This document shows positions 37,493-49,174 of a stretch of DNA of 64,000 nt, one piece after another. The notes beneath the pieces were generated by a model. That model made no database searches. It was not told the DNA's origin and saw only the letters and a program-made list of their open reading frames with translations. Position 1 is the first letter of the stretch. Each line of letters starts with the position of its first letter. The stretch comes from an uncultured Candidatus Saccharibacteria bacterium. GTDB lineage: Bacteria; Patescibacteriota; WWE3; UBA101185; UBA10185. The DNA is taken from contig CAZTQT010000004.1 of NCBI GenBank assembly GCA_964615625.1, positions 2,728 to 66,727 of the forward strand, written 5' to 3'. Position numbers and translations under genes: made by a program.

Positions 37493-38827
37493 ATGTCAGG
37501 AATATTTATTGAAGGCGGTGTTCCACTAATAGGGGCAGTTACAGCTTCTGGGGCTAAAAACTCTGCATCAAAACTGATATTTGCTGCAATGTTTTCAAAC
37601 GAGGATGTTATTTTAAACAATGTTCCAAGAATAAAAACCATCATGGATGACATAGAGGTTATAGAGAGCGTTGGAGGCAAGGCAGAGTGGGTAGGTAACA
37701 ACACCTTGGCAGTCAACGGATCTCAGATTAATTCCTATGAGGTGCCTTTGGAGATTGGGGAGAAATATAGACTTGCGTTTTTACTTGCTGGGCCATTAAT
37801 TTTTAGATTTGGTAAAGCATTTATCCCAAAATATAAGTCAATTGATGGTAGGATTAAACCTGTAAATAGATTTCTAGAAACGTGGGAGTCTCTTGGCTTT
37901 AATATTGAAGAAGATGAGAATTATATAAAAATAATAAATGATGGTGATGCAAAAGGTTCTACCATAAAATTTAAAAATGTTAGTCATACTGCCACTGATA
38001 ATTCTCTACTATCATCAGTTTTTTTGCCTGGAGAATCTACTGTAATTAACGCATCTCAAGATCCCGAAGTAGATGATCTAATTGGTTTTTTGTGTGGGAT
38101 GGGTGCTGAAATATCCAGAGTTGAAAACGGAGATATTGTTATAAAAGGGACAGGTTTATTTAATGGTACTATATTTGAAGTGTGTTCTGACAAGACGGAA
38201 ATTGCGGTTTTTGCTACTTTGGCTGTTTTGACTAGAGGTAACATATCAATTAAAAATGTGAAAAGAGATTTGGTTTTACAGTTTATAAACTTTTTAAATA
38301 AGATAGGTGTTAGATTTGAGTTTTCTGGGGATGACCTTAGAGTTTGGAGGCACGGTGAGGACTTAATTCCACAAAATATAGAAATATCTTCTCCTCCAGG
38401 ATTTATACATGATTGGCAATCACTAGCTACTTTAATTCTTACTCAGGCTAATGGTGAGAGTTTTGTACATGATACTGTGTATACAGATAGATTTGATTAT
38501 TGTTTGGACTTAAATAGAATGGGGGCAAAGATAGACTTGGTTAAACCATCTGAAGCTGGGATGGTGCCAGTTATAAGTGATGATGCTTACAGTATTGAAG
38601 AGATGGGGGAGCCTAAAACAGTTGCAAAGATAACTGGTCCAACAAAATTAAAAGGTGAGCGTTTAACTGTAGAAGATTTTAAAAATGGTTCAGTTTTAGT
38701 TTTAGCTGCTCTTACTGCAGAAGGTAAAAGTGAGATAATAGGTTTAGAAAATATAAATTATTATTTTGAAGATTTTGTTGATAAACTTAAATCATTGGGA
38801 GCAAAAATATGGGAACAATCGGATTAA
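37493..38827 (+). CDS. murA: UDP-N-acetylglucosamine 1-carboxyvinyltransferase (MurA, EPT family)
   Basis: IEGGVPLIGAVTASGAKNSASKLIFAAMFS ... two-domain EPT fold, 444 aa. Confidence 0.85.
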   Translation: MSGIFIEGGVPLIGAVTASGAKNSASKLIFAAMFSNEDVILNNVPRIKTIMDDIEVIESVGGKAEWVGNNTLAVNGSQINSYEVPLEIGEKYRLAFLLAGPLIFRFGKAFIPKYKSIDGRIKPVNRFLETWESLGFNIEEDENYIKIINDGDAKGSTIKFKNVSHTATDNSLLSSVFLPGESTVINASQDPEVDDLIGFLCGMGAEISRVENGDIVIKGTGLFNGTIFEVCSDKTEIAVFATLAVLTRGNISIKNVKRDLVLQFINFLNKIGVRFEFSGDDLRVWRHGEDLIPQNIEISSPPGFIHDWQSLATLILTQANGESFVHDTVYTDRFDYCLDLNRMGAKIDLVKPSEAGMVPVISDDAYSIEEMGEPKTVAKITGPTKLKGERLTVEDFKNGSVLVLAALTAEGKSEIIGLENINYYFEDFVDKLKSLGAKIWEQSD

Positions 38828-39909
38828 TATTTGATTTTCTTTTACTTTTTTTAGCTTGTTTAATATCTCTTGCTGCTTATCCTTTTTGGATAAATTTTGT
38901 TTATAAGTTTCAAATGGGAGAGAACATAAGAGAAGATGGTCCTGCTACACATAAAGTAAAAAAGGGTACACCTACCATGGGTGGGATGGTTTTTGTCTTT
39001 ACAGTTGCGGTAGTGAGCCTAATTTTTAACAGATCTAGGACACAAACCCTTTTCCCATTATTCATTTCTATAGTAGCGGGATTGTTAGGAATGTTTGATG
39101 ATTTTACAAAAGTTTATAGAAAATCTGGTTTACCTGGGTTTTTTGAATATCATTTTGGAAGGTTTTTTCGTAGAAAAGGTACAGGGATATCGCGTTTTAA
39201 TATATTTGCAAAAACTTGGGGTTTGTTTAAAGAAGTCGCTAGAACTGTAGGAAGCTCTGAGGGTGATGGTGTGCAAACCTACACAAAATTTATTGTTCAG
39301 GGTTTAATAGCGGGTTTTGTTTCTTACTGGACTTATTTCAAGCTCGGGTGGGACTATGTATGGTTTCCTCTTCTTGGAAATGTTCACATAGGGTTTGGGT
39401 ACCCAATAGTGATTTTTTTACTTTTTATAGTTGTTATGAATGCTGTTGCTTTTACAGATGGCTTAGACGGTTTAGTTGGGGGTCTTTCCTTAATATCCTT
39501 CATAACCTTTTGGGTTCTTTCAAGAGTTCTTGGGTACAATTCTTTAGCTGGGTTTTGTGCAACGTTTGTTGGAGCTTTATTACCGTTTTTATATTTTAAT
39601 ATTTTTCCAGCCAGAGTATTTATGGGAAATGTTGGATCTCATGCATTAGGAGCAGTTTTAGCTGTTTTATCTGTAGTGATGCACAGAGAAATAGCTTTTT
39701 TATTTATAGGTATGGTTTTCTTATTTGATGGTATATCAAGTCCTTTGCAACAAATTGTTTATAAATTAACGCATAAAAGATTATTTAGAATGGCTCCAAT
39801 TCACCATCATTTTGAAATGCTTGGTTGGCCAGAAACCAAAATAACTCTGAGGTTTTTATTATTTGGTGTATTTTTTGCATTTGTTGGGTTTTTCATAGCC
39901 ATCCTTTAA
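38809..39909 (+). CDS. mraY: Phospho-N-acetylmuramoyl-pentapeptide transferase MraY
   Basis: About 10 TM helices. MGENIREDGPATHKVKKGTPTMGG, GMFDDFTKV (DDxxD), cytoplasmic loop insert. Confidence 0.85.
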   Translation: MGTIGLIFDFLLLFLACLISLAAYPFWINFVYKFQMGENIREDGPATHKVKKGTPTMGGMVFVFTVAVVSLIFNRSRTQTLFPLFISIVAGLLGMFDDFTKVYRKSGLPGFFEYHFGRFFRRKGTGISRFNIFAKTWGLFKEVARTVGSSEGDGVQTYTKFIVQGLIAGFVSYWTYFKLGWDYVWFPLLGNVHIGFGYPIVIFLLFIVVMNAVAFTDGLDGLVGGLSLISFITFWVLSRVLGYNSLAGFCATFVGALLPFLYFNIFPARVFMGNVGSHALGAVLAVLSVVMHREIAFLFIGMVFLFDGISSPLQQIVYKLTHKRLFRMAPIHHHFEMLGWPETKITLRFLLFGVFFAFVGFFIAIL

Positions 39910-39918
39910 AATAAGTTA

Positions 39919-41103
39919 ATGGATAAAAAAACAGATCTCAAAAAAAAGAAGGGTAGTAAGTCCTTATTTACTGTGATGATCTTATTATTAGGTTTTGGTT
40001 TGATAATGATAGCTAATGCTACATCTGTCTCTTCTTCAAATCTTTATGGTAGTCCATATAGATTTGCAATCTTGCAATTAGGATGGGTAGTTGCAGGATT
40101 ATTTTGTTTTATTATTTTTTATAATCTTGATTACAAAAAAATTTCAAAAGTTTCACGAGGATTATTTATATTTACTTTAATATCCTTGGTAATTTTGGCT
40201 ATAGCAGGTGTTGCACCATGCTCTTCTTCTAAAAGTTTTGCTCCATGCATAAATGGTGCCAATAGGTGGTTATACATTAACCCACCACCCTTGCCAGAAA
40301 TACCGTTTCTTGGTGTAATTGGTTTCCAACCAGGAGAGTTGGCTAAATTAGCTATAGTTTTATATCTGTCTTCTCAGCTAAGTCTTGTATCTCAAAAAGG
40401 TGGGAGAAAATCAGAAAAGCAAAAGGAATCCCTAGTGACTTATCTGAAAATATCGGTTTTAATGGCTGGACTTATAATTTTGCAACCTAACATGTCTACA
40501 GCAACACTTGTTTTTGTCCTTGGAACAATAGTTTATTTTGTATCAGGTGCGCCAATAAAACCCATCATAGGTATTTTTATGGGAGCTTTTATTTTGGGAA
40601 TCCTATTTATGGTTTCTTCTAAATATAGATTAGAAAGATTAAAGGCGATGTTACCAGGGAGTGGTGGTAGTGAGTCTAGTTATCACGTAAATCAGGCTTT
40701 AGTGGCTTTAGGATCTGGAGGTATTTTAGGAGTTGGGTTTGGGCAATCAAAACAAAAGTATCAATATTTGCCAGAAGTCGCATCTGATTCAATATTTGCA
40801 ATTATAGGAGAGGAGTTTGGTTTTGTAGGAACGCTTACAGTTATAATTTTATACTCTTATTTAATTTACATGGGTTTCAAAATAGCGGATAACTCCGAAG
40901 ATATGCTTGGAAAACTTATTGCTATAGGTATCAGTTCTTGGTTTAGTATTCAGTTTTTTATAAATGTTGCCTCAATGACAAAAATAATACCAATGACAGG
41001 TGTTCCCATACCACTCATATCTTACGGAGGCTCCTCTATGATTTTTAGTTTGATAGGTTTGGGAATATTGGCCAACATTCAAAAACAATCTGAATTGTAT
41101 TAA
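39919..41103 (+). CDS. ftsW: SEDS-family peptidoglycan glycosyltransferase FtsW
   Basis: 10-TM SEDS protein (LPEVASDSIFAIIGEEFGFVGT). Its position between mraY and murG supports the call. Confidence 0.85.
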   Translation: MDKKTDLKKKKGSKSLFTVMILLLGFGLIMIANATSVSSSNLYGSPYRFAILQLGWVVAGLFCFIIFYNLDYKKISKVSRGLFIFTLISLVILAIAGVAPCSSSKSFAPCINGANRWLYINPPPLPEIPFLGVIGFQPGELAKLAIVLYLSSQLSLVSQKGGRKSEKQKESLVTYLKISVLMAGLIILQPNMSTATLVFVLGTIVYFVSGAPIKPIIGIFMGAFILGILFMVSSKYRLERLKAMLPGSGGSESSYHVNQALVALGSGGILGVGFGQSKQKYQYLPEVASDSIFAIIGEEFGFVGTLTVIILYSYLIYMGFKIADNSEDMLGKLIAIGISSWFSIQFFINVASMTKIIPMTGVPIPLISYGGSSMIFSLIGLGILANIQKQSELY

Positions 41104-41112
41104 AATAAGGTA

Positions 41113-42219
41113 ATGAAAGTTGTAATAACAGGTGGACACCACAGCTCAGCATTACCTGTGATAAAAGAGTTAAAGGACAGGGTTCCAGATGTTGAAATAC
41201 TCTGGATGGGTCACAAACATTCAATGAAGAATGATGTTAATCCTACACTGGAGTACTTGGAAATCACAAAATTAGGAATTCCTTTTTTTAATCTTAAAGC
41301 TGGGAAATTATATAAAACTTACGATATTACAAGATTATTAAAGATTCCGTTTGGATTTTTTCAGGCTTTATTTTTTTTATTAAGAAAACGCCCAAACATA
41401 ATAGTTTCATTTGGAGGTTACTTAGCTGCCCCGGTGGTTATTGCTGGGTATTTACTTGGTATACCGTCCGTAACTCATGAACAAACTGCTGTTGCTGGGT
41501 ATTCAAACAGGTTGATATCAAAATTTGCAAAAGTAATCATGGTATCTTGGAGAAAATCAGAAAAGTACTTTCCAAAAGATAAAACTGTTTTTACAGGCAT
41601 ACCTCTCAGGGAAGATATTTTCAATGTTAAATCAAATTCTTTTAATATTAATAAGGAGTTACCAACTATATATATTTCTGCTGGTAAAACTGGGTCACAT
41701 CTGATAAACGACATCATTAAAGATTCTTTAGAGAGCCTCTTATCTATTTGTAATGTTATACATCAGTGCGGTGATAACTCTGTTTATAATGATTTTGGTA
41801 TATTAGAGGCCAAATACGAAGATATAAAGAATGAATCAAGTGGTAAGTATAATTTAAGAAAATTTGTTTTTGATGATGAGATAGGAGAAGCGTATTCAGA
41901 AGCGGATCTTATTGTTTCAAGATCGGGAGCTCACACAATATCTGAAATTATATCTCTTGAGAAACCAGCTATACTTATCCCCATACCATGGGTTTCACAT
42001 AATGAGCAATTTGTTAATGCTGACATGGTCAGAGAAGCAGGGCTCGCAGAGATAGTAGAACAAAAAAACTTAACCCCCAGTCTTTTAGTTGAAAAAATTA
42101 AGCACTGTCTGTCTAATATAAGTTTGTATAAATTAAAGAATAAAGAGGACTTTAAATTTTTAAAGAAGAACTCTGCAGGTTTGATAGTTGATGAAATTAT
42201 TAAATTCTCAAAAAAATAA
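41113..42219 (+). CDS. murG: UDP-GlcNAc:lipid I N-acetylglucosaminyltransferase MurG
   Basis: VVITGGHHSSALPVIKEL N-terminus and GT28 fold. Confidence 0.85.
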   Translation: MKVVITGGHHSSALPVIKELKDRVPDVEILWMGHKHSMKNDVNPTLEYLEITKLGIPFFNLKAGKLYKTYDITRLLKIPFGFFQALFFLLRKRPNIIVSFGGYLAAPVVIAGYLLGIPSVTHEQTAVAGYSNRLISKFAKVIMVSWRKSEKYFPKDKTVFTGIPLREDIFNVKSNSFNINKELPTIYISAGKTGSHLINDIIKDSLESLLSICNVIHQCGDNSVYNDFGILEAKYEDIKNESSGKYNLRKFVFDDEIGEAYSEADLIVSRSGAHTISEIISLEKPAILIPIPWVSHNEQFVNADMVREAGLAEIVEQKNLTPSLLVEKIKHCLSNISLYKLKNKEDFKFLKKNSAGLIVDEIIKFSKK

Positions 42220-43075
42220 ATTTAAAAAAGAAAGTAATAGTTATAGAAGAATACATGCAGGTAGTTTTTCTGATAATAAATCTACAAGAGAAAGTCAGTT
42301 ATTGTTGAAGCGTATAAATGAGAGAAAAAGAAACATAATAACCCCAAGAAAAATTCTTAGAAAAAAGCAGGGTTTATTTGGAAAGATAGTGATATTTTTA
42401 ATTTTTATTTCTGTAGTAGTATTTTTAATCATAAAATTTGATGTCCCAGGTTATTTTAAAATTTCTTCCATCAACATAGAAGGAGTAGGGAAATTTGTCA
42501 GCTACGATGATGTTAGAAGTGTTGTCAGTAGTTCTGTTTTAGAAAAATACATTTTTTCTGTTGATGAAATTTCTGTGGCTGAAAACATCAAAAAAAGTTT
42601 TTTAGGTGCAAAAAATGTAAATGTGAGTAGAAACTATCCTCACTCAATTGATGTATTGGTGGAAGAAAGAGTACCCTTAGCGGTAGCATATAACGATGAT
42701 GGTGAGGGTTTTTTAATTGATTCAGAGGGTTTTGTTTTAGGTGTTGTAGATAAAAGTGTTTTTGATTTGCCAAAAATAAAATATGAGGGTCCAATTATGG
42801 TTGGTACTTTCTTAGAAAAAGATATTATCCCAGTAAGCATAGAAATAATAGAATTTGCTGAAAAAGAAGATTTAAAAATTAGTAGTATGAGTTTTAAACC
42901 TACTTCAACACATTTATTTGTTGGAAAAGGTATTGAGGTTTTTATGGGTTATGATAAAGAAGTTGAGCAAGCTCTTAGAACTATAAAAGCTCTTATTAAA
43001 AAATCTGATGTTGAAGGTAAATTACTCAAAAAAATTGATTTGAGGTATGATAAAGTAATAGTATTATATGATTAA
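42188..43075 (+). CDS. ftsQ: Cell division protein FtsQ/DivIB (POTRA)
   Basis: Basic cytoplasmic N-terminus, single TM (IVIFLIFISVVVFLII), POTRA-like region. Its position between murG and ftsA supports the call. The exact start is uncertain because it overlaps the murG 3' end. Confidence 0.7.
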   Translation: MMKLLNSQKNKFKKESNSYRRIHAGSFSDNKSTRESQLLLKRINERKRNIITPRKILRKKQGLFGKIVIFLIFISVVVFLIIKFDVPGYFKISSINIEGVGKFVSYDDVRSVVSSSVLEKYIFSVDEISVAENIKKSFLGAKNVNVSRNYPHSIDVLVEERVPLAVAYNDDGEGFLIDSEGFVLGVVDKSVFDLPKIKYEGPIMVGTFLEKDIIPVSIEIIEFAEKEDLKISSMSFKPTSTHLFVGKGIEVFMGYDKEVEQALRTIKALIKKSDVEGKLLKKIDLRYDKVIVLYD

Positions 43076-43092
43076 GTTCCATATAAAAATTT

Positions 43093-44346
43093 ATGTCTAG
43101 AGAGAAAATTATCACAGGGATTGATATAGGATCTACTAAAGTTAGTACGGTCGTTGCCTCTGTATCAGAAAACAGGGTTTCTGTAATAGGAGTATCTGGG
43201 AATGTTCCATCAAAGGGTATAAATAAGGGTAATGTTGTAGATATAGATAGCTCTGTTGAGGCCATATCACAAAGTATAGAAAAAGCTGAAAGAATGGCTG
43301 GGGTTTCAATTTCAAATGCTTTTGTCACAATAAATGGAAGTCATATAGAAAATCTTAATTCCCATGGAGTGGTTGCGGTTGCTCCAAATGATACATCAGA
43401 TATCACAAAAGAGGATGTTGCTCGTGTTATAGAAGCGGCCCAAGCTGTCTCATTACCCTCTACAAGGGAGATAATACACGTCATACCAAGAGATTTTGTG
43501 GTTAATTCCCAAGAAGGTATAAAAGATCCGGTGGGTATGTCTGGAGTTAGATTAGAGGTTGAGACAAATGTTATACACGGTTCCTCTACTGCTATGAAGA
43601 ATATTGCAAAATGTGTAAATAAAGTAGCTATTGATGTAGATGAACTTGTTTACAATGGTTTAGCATCGGCGGAAGCTGTTTTGACAGATACCGAAAAGGA
43701 ATTGGGTACACTTCTAGTTGATATAGGAGGTGGTACTACATCTATATCCGCATTTTTGGATGGTAGTCCTATTCATTCTGTTGTTTTACCAATCGGTGGA
43801 AAGTTGATAACAAGCGATCTTGCCATAGGTTTAAGATCAAGGTTAGAAGATGCAGAAAAAATAAAGATAAGATTAAGCAATGAAGCTCTTATCTCAAAAG
43901 CAGATATTCATGATGATAGTGAAGATTTTGATGTTTCAGAATTTGACCTTGATGTTGAGAGAGTTCCTAGAATAATGCTTTATAAAATAATAAATGCCAG
44001 GTTAGAGGAAATATTTAGATTAATAGCTTTGGAAATAACTAGAGCAGGGTTGAGCGGTAAGCTTCCAGCGGGAGTTGTTATAACCGGAGGTGGTGCACTA
44101 ACAGCTGGAGTTGAGAAAAGTGCAAAGGTTAATCTTAAAATGCCCGTCAGGATAGGTGTTCCAAAAGGAGTAACTGGTCTTATAGATGACATCAAGGGGC
44201 CTGATTCAGCAGCTGCGGTTGGTGCTGTGTTGTATGGGGTAAAATTGTATAGAGGTAGTAATCTATTGTCATTTGATAATAAAAACGGTAGTATAAGGAA
44301 AGGAGCTTCTAAGATATTTGATAAGCTCAAGTCACTTTTGCCCTGA
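43093..44346 (+). CDS. ftsA: Cell division protein FtsA
   Basis: Actin-like ATPase motifs (ITGIDIGSTKV ... LLVDIGGGTTSISAF ... VITGGGALTAG). Confidence 0.9.
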   Translation: MSREKIITGIDIGSTKVSTVVASVSENRVSVIGVSGNVPSKGINKGNVVDIDSSVEAISQSIEKAERMAGVSISNAFVTINGSHIENLNSHGVVAVAPNDTSDITKEDVARVIEAAQAVSLPSTREIIHVIPRDFVVNSQEGIKDPVGMSGVRLEVETNVIHGSSTAMKNIAKCVNKVAIDVDELVYNGLASAEAVLTDTEKELGTLLVDIGGGTTSISAFLDGSPIHSVVLPIGGKLITSDLAIGLRSRLEDAEKIKIRLSNEALISKADIHDDSEDFDVSEFDLDVERVPRIMLYKIINARLEEIFRLIALEITRAGLSGKLPAGVVITGGGALTAGVEKSAKVNLKMPVRIGVPKGVTGLIDDIKGPDSAAAVGAVLYGVKLYRGSNLLSFDNKNGSIRKGASKIFDKLKSLLP

Positions 44347-44393
44347 TAATAATTTAGGAATTCAATTTAATTTCTGCCCAAAAAATAATTTAA

Positions 44394-45548
44394 ATGCATG
44401 TAAAGCCTGAAGTTGAAAATTTTGCTAAGATAAAAGTTTTGGGTATAGGCGGAGCCGGTGGTAATGTTATAAATTCCATGATAGAGTCCGGTCAAATAAC
44501 AGGTGTGGAATTTATAGCTGTCAATACAGACGCCCAGGATCTTTCAGTAAATAAGGCAGTAATGAAGCTTCCTATTGGTCAGGAAATAACTCACGGTCTT
44601 GGTTCTGGAGCGAATCCGGAAATTGGGAGAAAAGCTGCTGAGGAATCATCAGATATTATAAAGGAACATGTAGAGGGAGCTGATATGGTTTTTATTACAG
44701 CAGGTATGGGCGGTGGTACAGGGACAGGTGCATCTCCAGTTATTGCCAGAATAGCAAAGGAAGCTGGAGCTTTAACAATAGGTGTTGTTACAAAACCGTT
44801 TCCATTTGAAGGCGCTTTAAGAATGAAAAATTCAGAAATTGGTATTTCTGAGCTTAGAGATGAGGTTGATGCTTTAATAACTATTCCAAATCAAAGACTC
44901 TTAGAGGTCGCTGATGAAAATACATCAGTTGTAGAGGCTTTTAAACTTTCTGATAGTGTTTTAAATCAAGGTGTGCAAGGCATATCAGATTTGATAGTTA
45001 TGCCTGGACTTATAAACGTTGATTTTGCCGACGTTAAAACTATTATGAAAGATGCTGGTACAGCTCTTATGGGTATAGGGATAGGTGCTGGGGAAGACAG
45101 GGCAGAGGTTGCTGCAAAGGCTGCAATATCATCACCATTATTGGAACAATCTGTAGAAGATGCTAAAGGGATATTGTTCAATGTGATAGGTGGCTCAGAT
45201 TTGACAATGAAAGAAGTTGATAAGGCAGCTAATATAATAAGAAACATAGCAAATGATGATGCAAATATAATATTTGGTACAACAGTTGATCAAAGATTAT
45301 CTGGTCAAGTGAAGATAACTGTTATAGCTACAGGTTTTGACGTTAAGCAAGATGATTTAGGTTTTAATTTTGTTGAAAGACCTGTCATCAGACATTCAAC
45401 TCCTATGGAAGATAATGTTCCTACGGATAATAATGACGAACCTAAAGCAAACCCTTCTGAAAAACCAAAAGATCTTTTTAAACCCGAGGACTTTGAAGGA
45501 GATTTTGAAAACAAATACGACATCCCAGCATTTTTAAGAGGAAAATAA
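44394..45548 (+). CDS. ftsZ: Cell division GTPase FtsZ
   Basis: GIGGAGGNVINSMIE, GGGTGTGASPVIARIAKE (tubulin signature), NVDFADVKTIM. Confidence 0.95.
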   Translation: MHVKPEVENFAKIKVLGIGGAGGNVINSMIESGQITGVEFIAVNTDAQDLSVNKAVMKLPIGQEITHGLGSGANPEIGRKAAEESSDIIKEHVEGADMVFITAGMGGGTGTGASPVIARIAKEAGALTIGVVTKPFPFEGALRMKNSEIGISELRDEVDALITIPNQRLLEVADENTSVVEAFKLSDSVLNQGVQGISDLIVMPGLINVDFADVKTIMKDAGTALMGIGIGAGEDRAEVAAKAAISSPLLEQSVEDAKGILFNVIGGSDLTMKEVDKAANIIRNIANDDANIIFGTTVDQRLSGQVKITVIATGFDVKQDDLGFNFVERPVIRHSTPMEDNVPTDNNDEPKANPSEKPKDLFKPEDFEGDFENKYDIPAFLRGK

Positions 45549-45836
45549 TTCCTTTATTTTTCCAATTTTATAATCTGTACTAGTAGCTGTCGTTATCTAT
45601 ATCATTTATGATTACTAAATTTTGCGCATATTACTATTTATATTGTTATAAATCCAGATATTATTTAAAAATTGGGCAAATAAAAGTTATCCTCCAATAC
45701 TCACTGCTTGGTATTAATAACTATTTATGGTTACATTTCCATAGGCAGTAATTTCCTTTAAAGTAGCAGTAAAAAATTTGTGAGTTAGTGACCTTTGTCT
45801 TAGGCAGCAGAGGTTTATAACCCACGGCAATTAATT

Positions 45837-48398
<2,562 letters not shown>

Positions 48399-48449
48399 TT
48401 GACTGATTTTTGATTTGGGGTATATTTGTGTCATTCCTGTCCCTAAAAT

Positions 48450-49001
48450 ATGTCTAAAATATATACAGGAAAGGGAGACCTTGGGTTTACCCTACTACCA
48501 AGAAGAAAAAATAAAATATCTAAATCCGATCTTGTGTTTGATGTTTTAGGAACATTTGATGAGCTTAACTCTTGTTTAGGTTTTTTACATTCTGCAAGAA
48601 TACCTGATATCAGGAAGGTTTCTGTAGAGGTGCAGAAGGATTTATTTAGCCTTGGTGCGCTAATTTCATTAGATGAAAAAATAACTGATGAAATAATACA
48701 AAAATGGGAAATTAGAATTAAGGAGCTTGAAGAGGTTATTGATTATTTTGATTCAAAAAATGACCCGTTACAAAACTTCATCTTGCCAGGAGGGTGTAGA
48801 GAGAGTAGCTTTTTTCACTTGAGTAGATCTGTGTGCAGAAGATTAGAAAGGTTAGTCGTTTATTATTTAAGAAGAAGCAGGGATAGAGGGTTTATATTAG
48901 TTTATCTTAATAGATTATCAGATTTATTATTTGTCTTAGCTAGGTATTCAAATAAAAAGCTTGGATTTGAAGATATTATTTGGAACAATAGACATTCGTG
49001 A
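48450..49001 (+). CDS. PduO-type ATP:cob(I)alamin adenosyltransferase
   Basis: IYTGKGDLGFTLL ... KSDLVFDVLGTFDELNSCLGF matches the PduO/MMAB ATR N-terminal signature. 183 aa. Confidence 0.8.
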   Translation: MSKIYTGKGDLGFTLLPRRKNKISKSDLVFDVLGTFDELNSCLGFLHSARIPDIRKVSVEVQKDLFSLGALISLDEKITDEIIQKWEIRIKELEEVIDYFDSKNDPLQNFILPGGCRESSFFHLSRSVCRRLERLVVYYLRRSRDRGFILVYLNRLSDLLFVLARYSNKKLGFEDIIWNNRHS

Positions 49002-49174
49002 GGAAATACTATTTTCTATTAATTTTAATATTTGTATTGCTTATAGCTTTGTTGTACGTTTTAGTTATGGGATCTATAAAGACAGATACATATTTCCCAG
49101 AAAGCGTTGATAGAGTAGTAAGTTTAATCATATAGTTAGTGTAGTTGTGGTGTTTTTAATGTAATATTTTAATT

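Noticed and set aside
45549-45836. A cobalamin riboswitch or NrdR boxes in the long nrdJ leader
   Set aside because: By eye there is no B12-box-like GCCACUG core or 16-bp NrdR palindrome. This is unverified and is left as a check in the findings rather than a feature.
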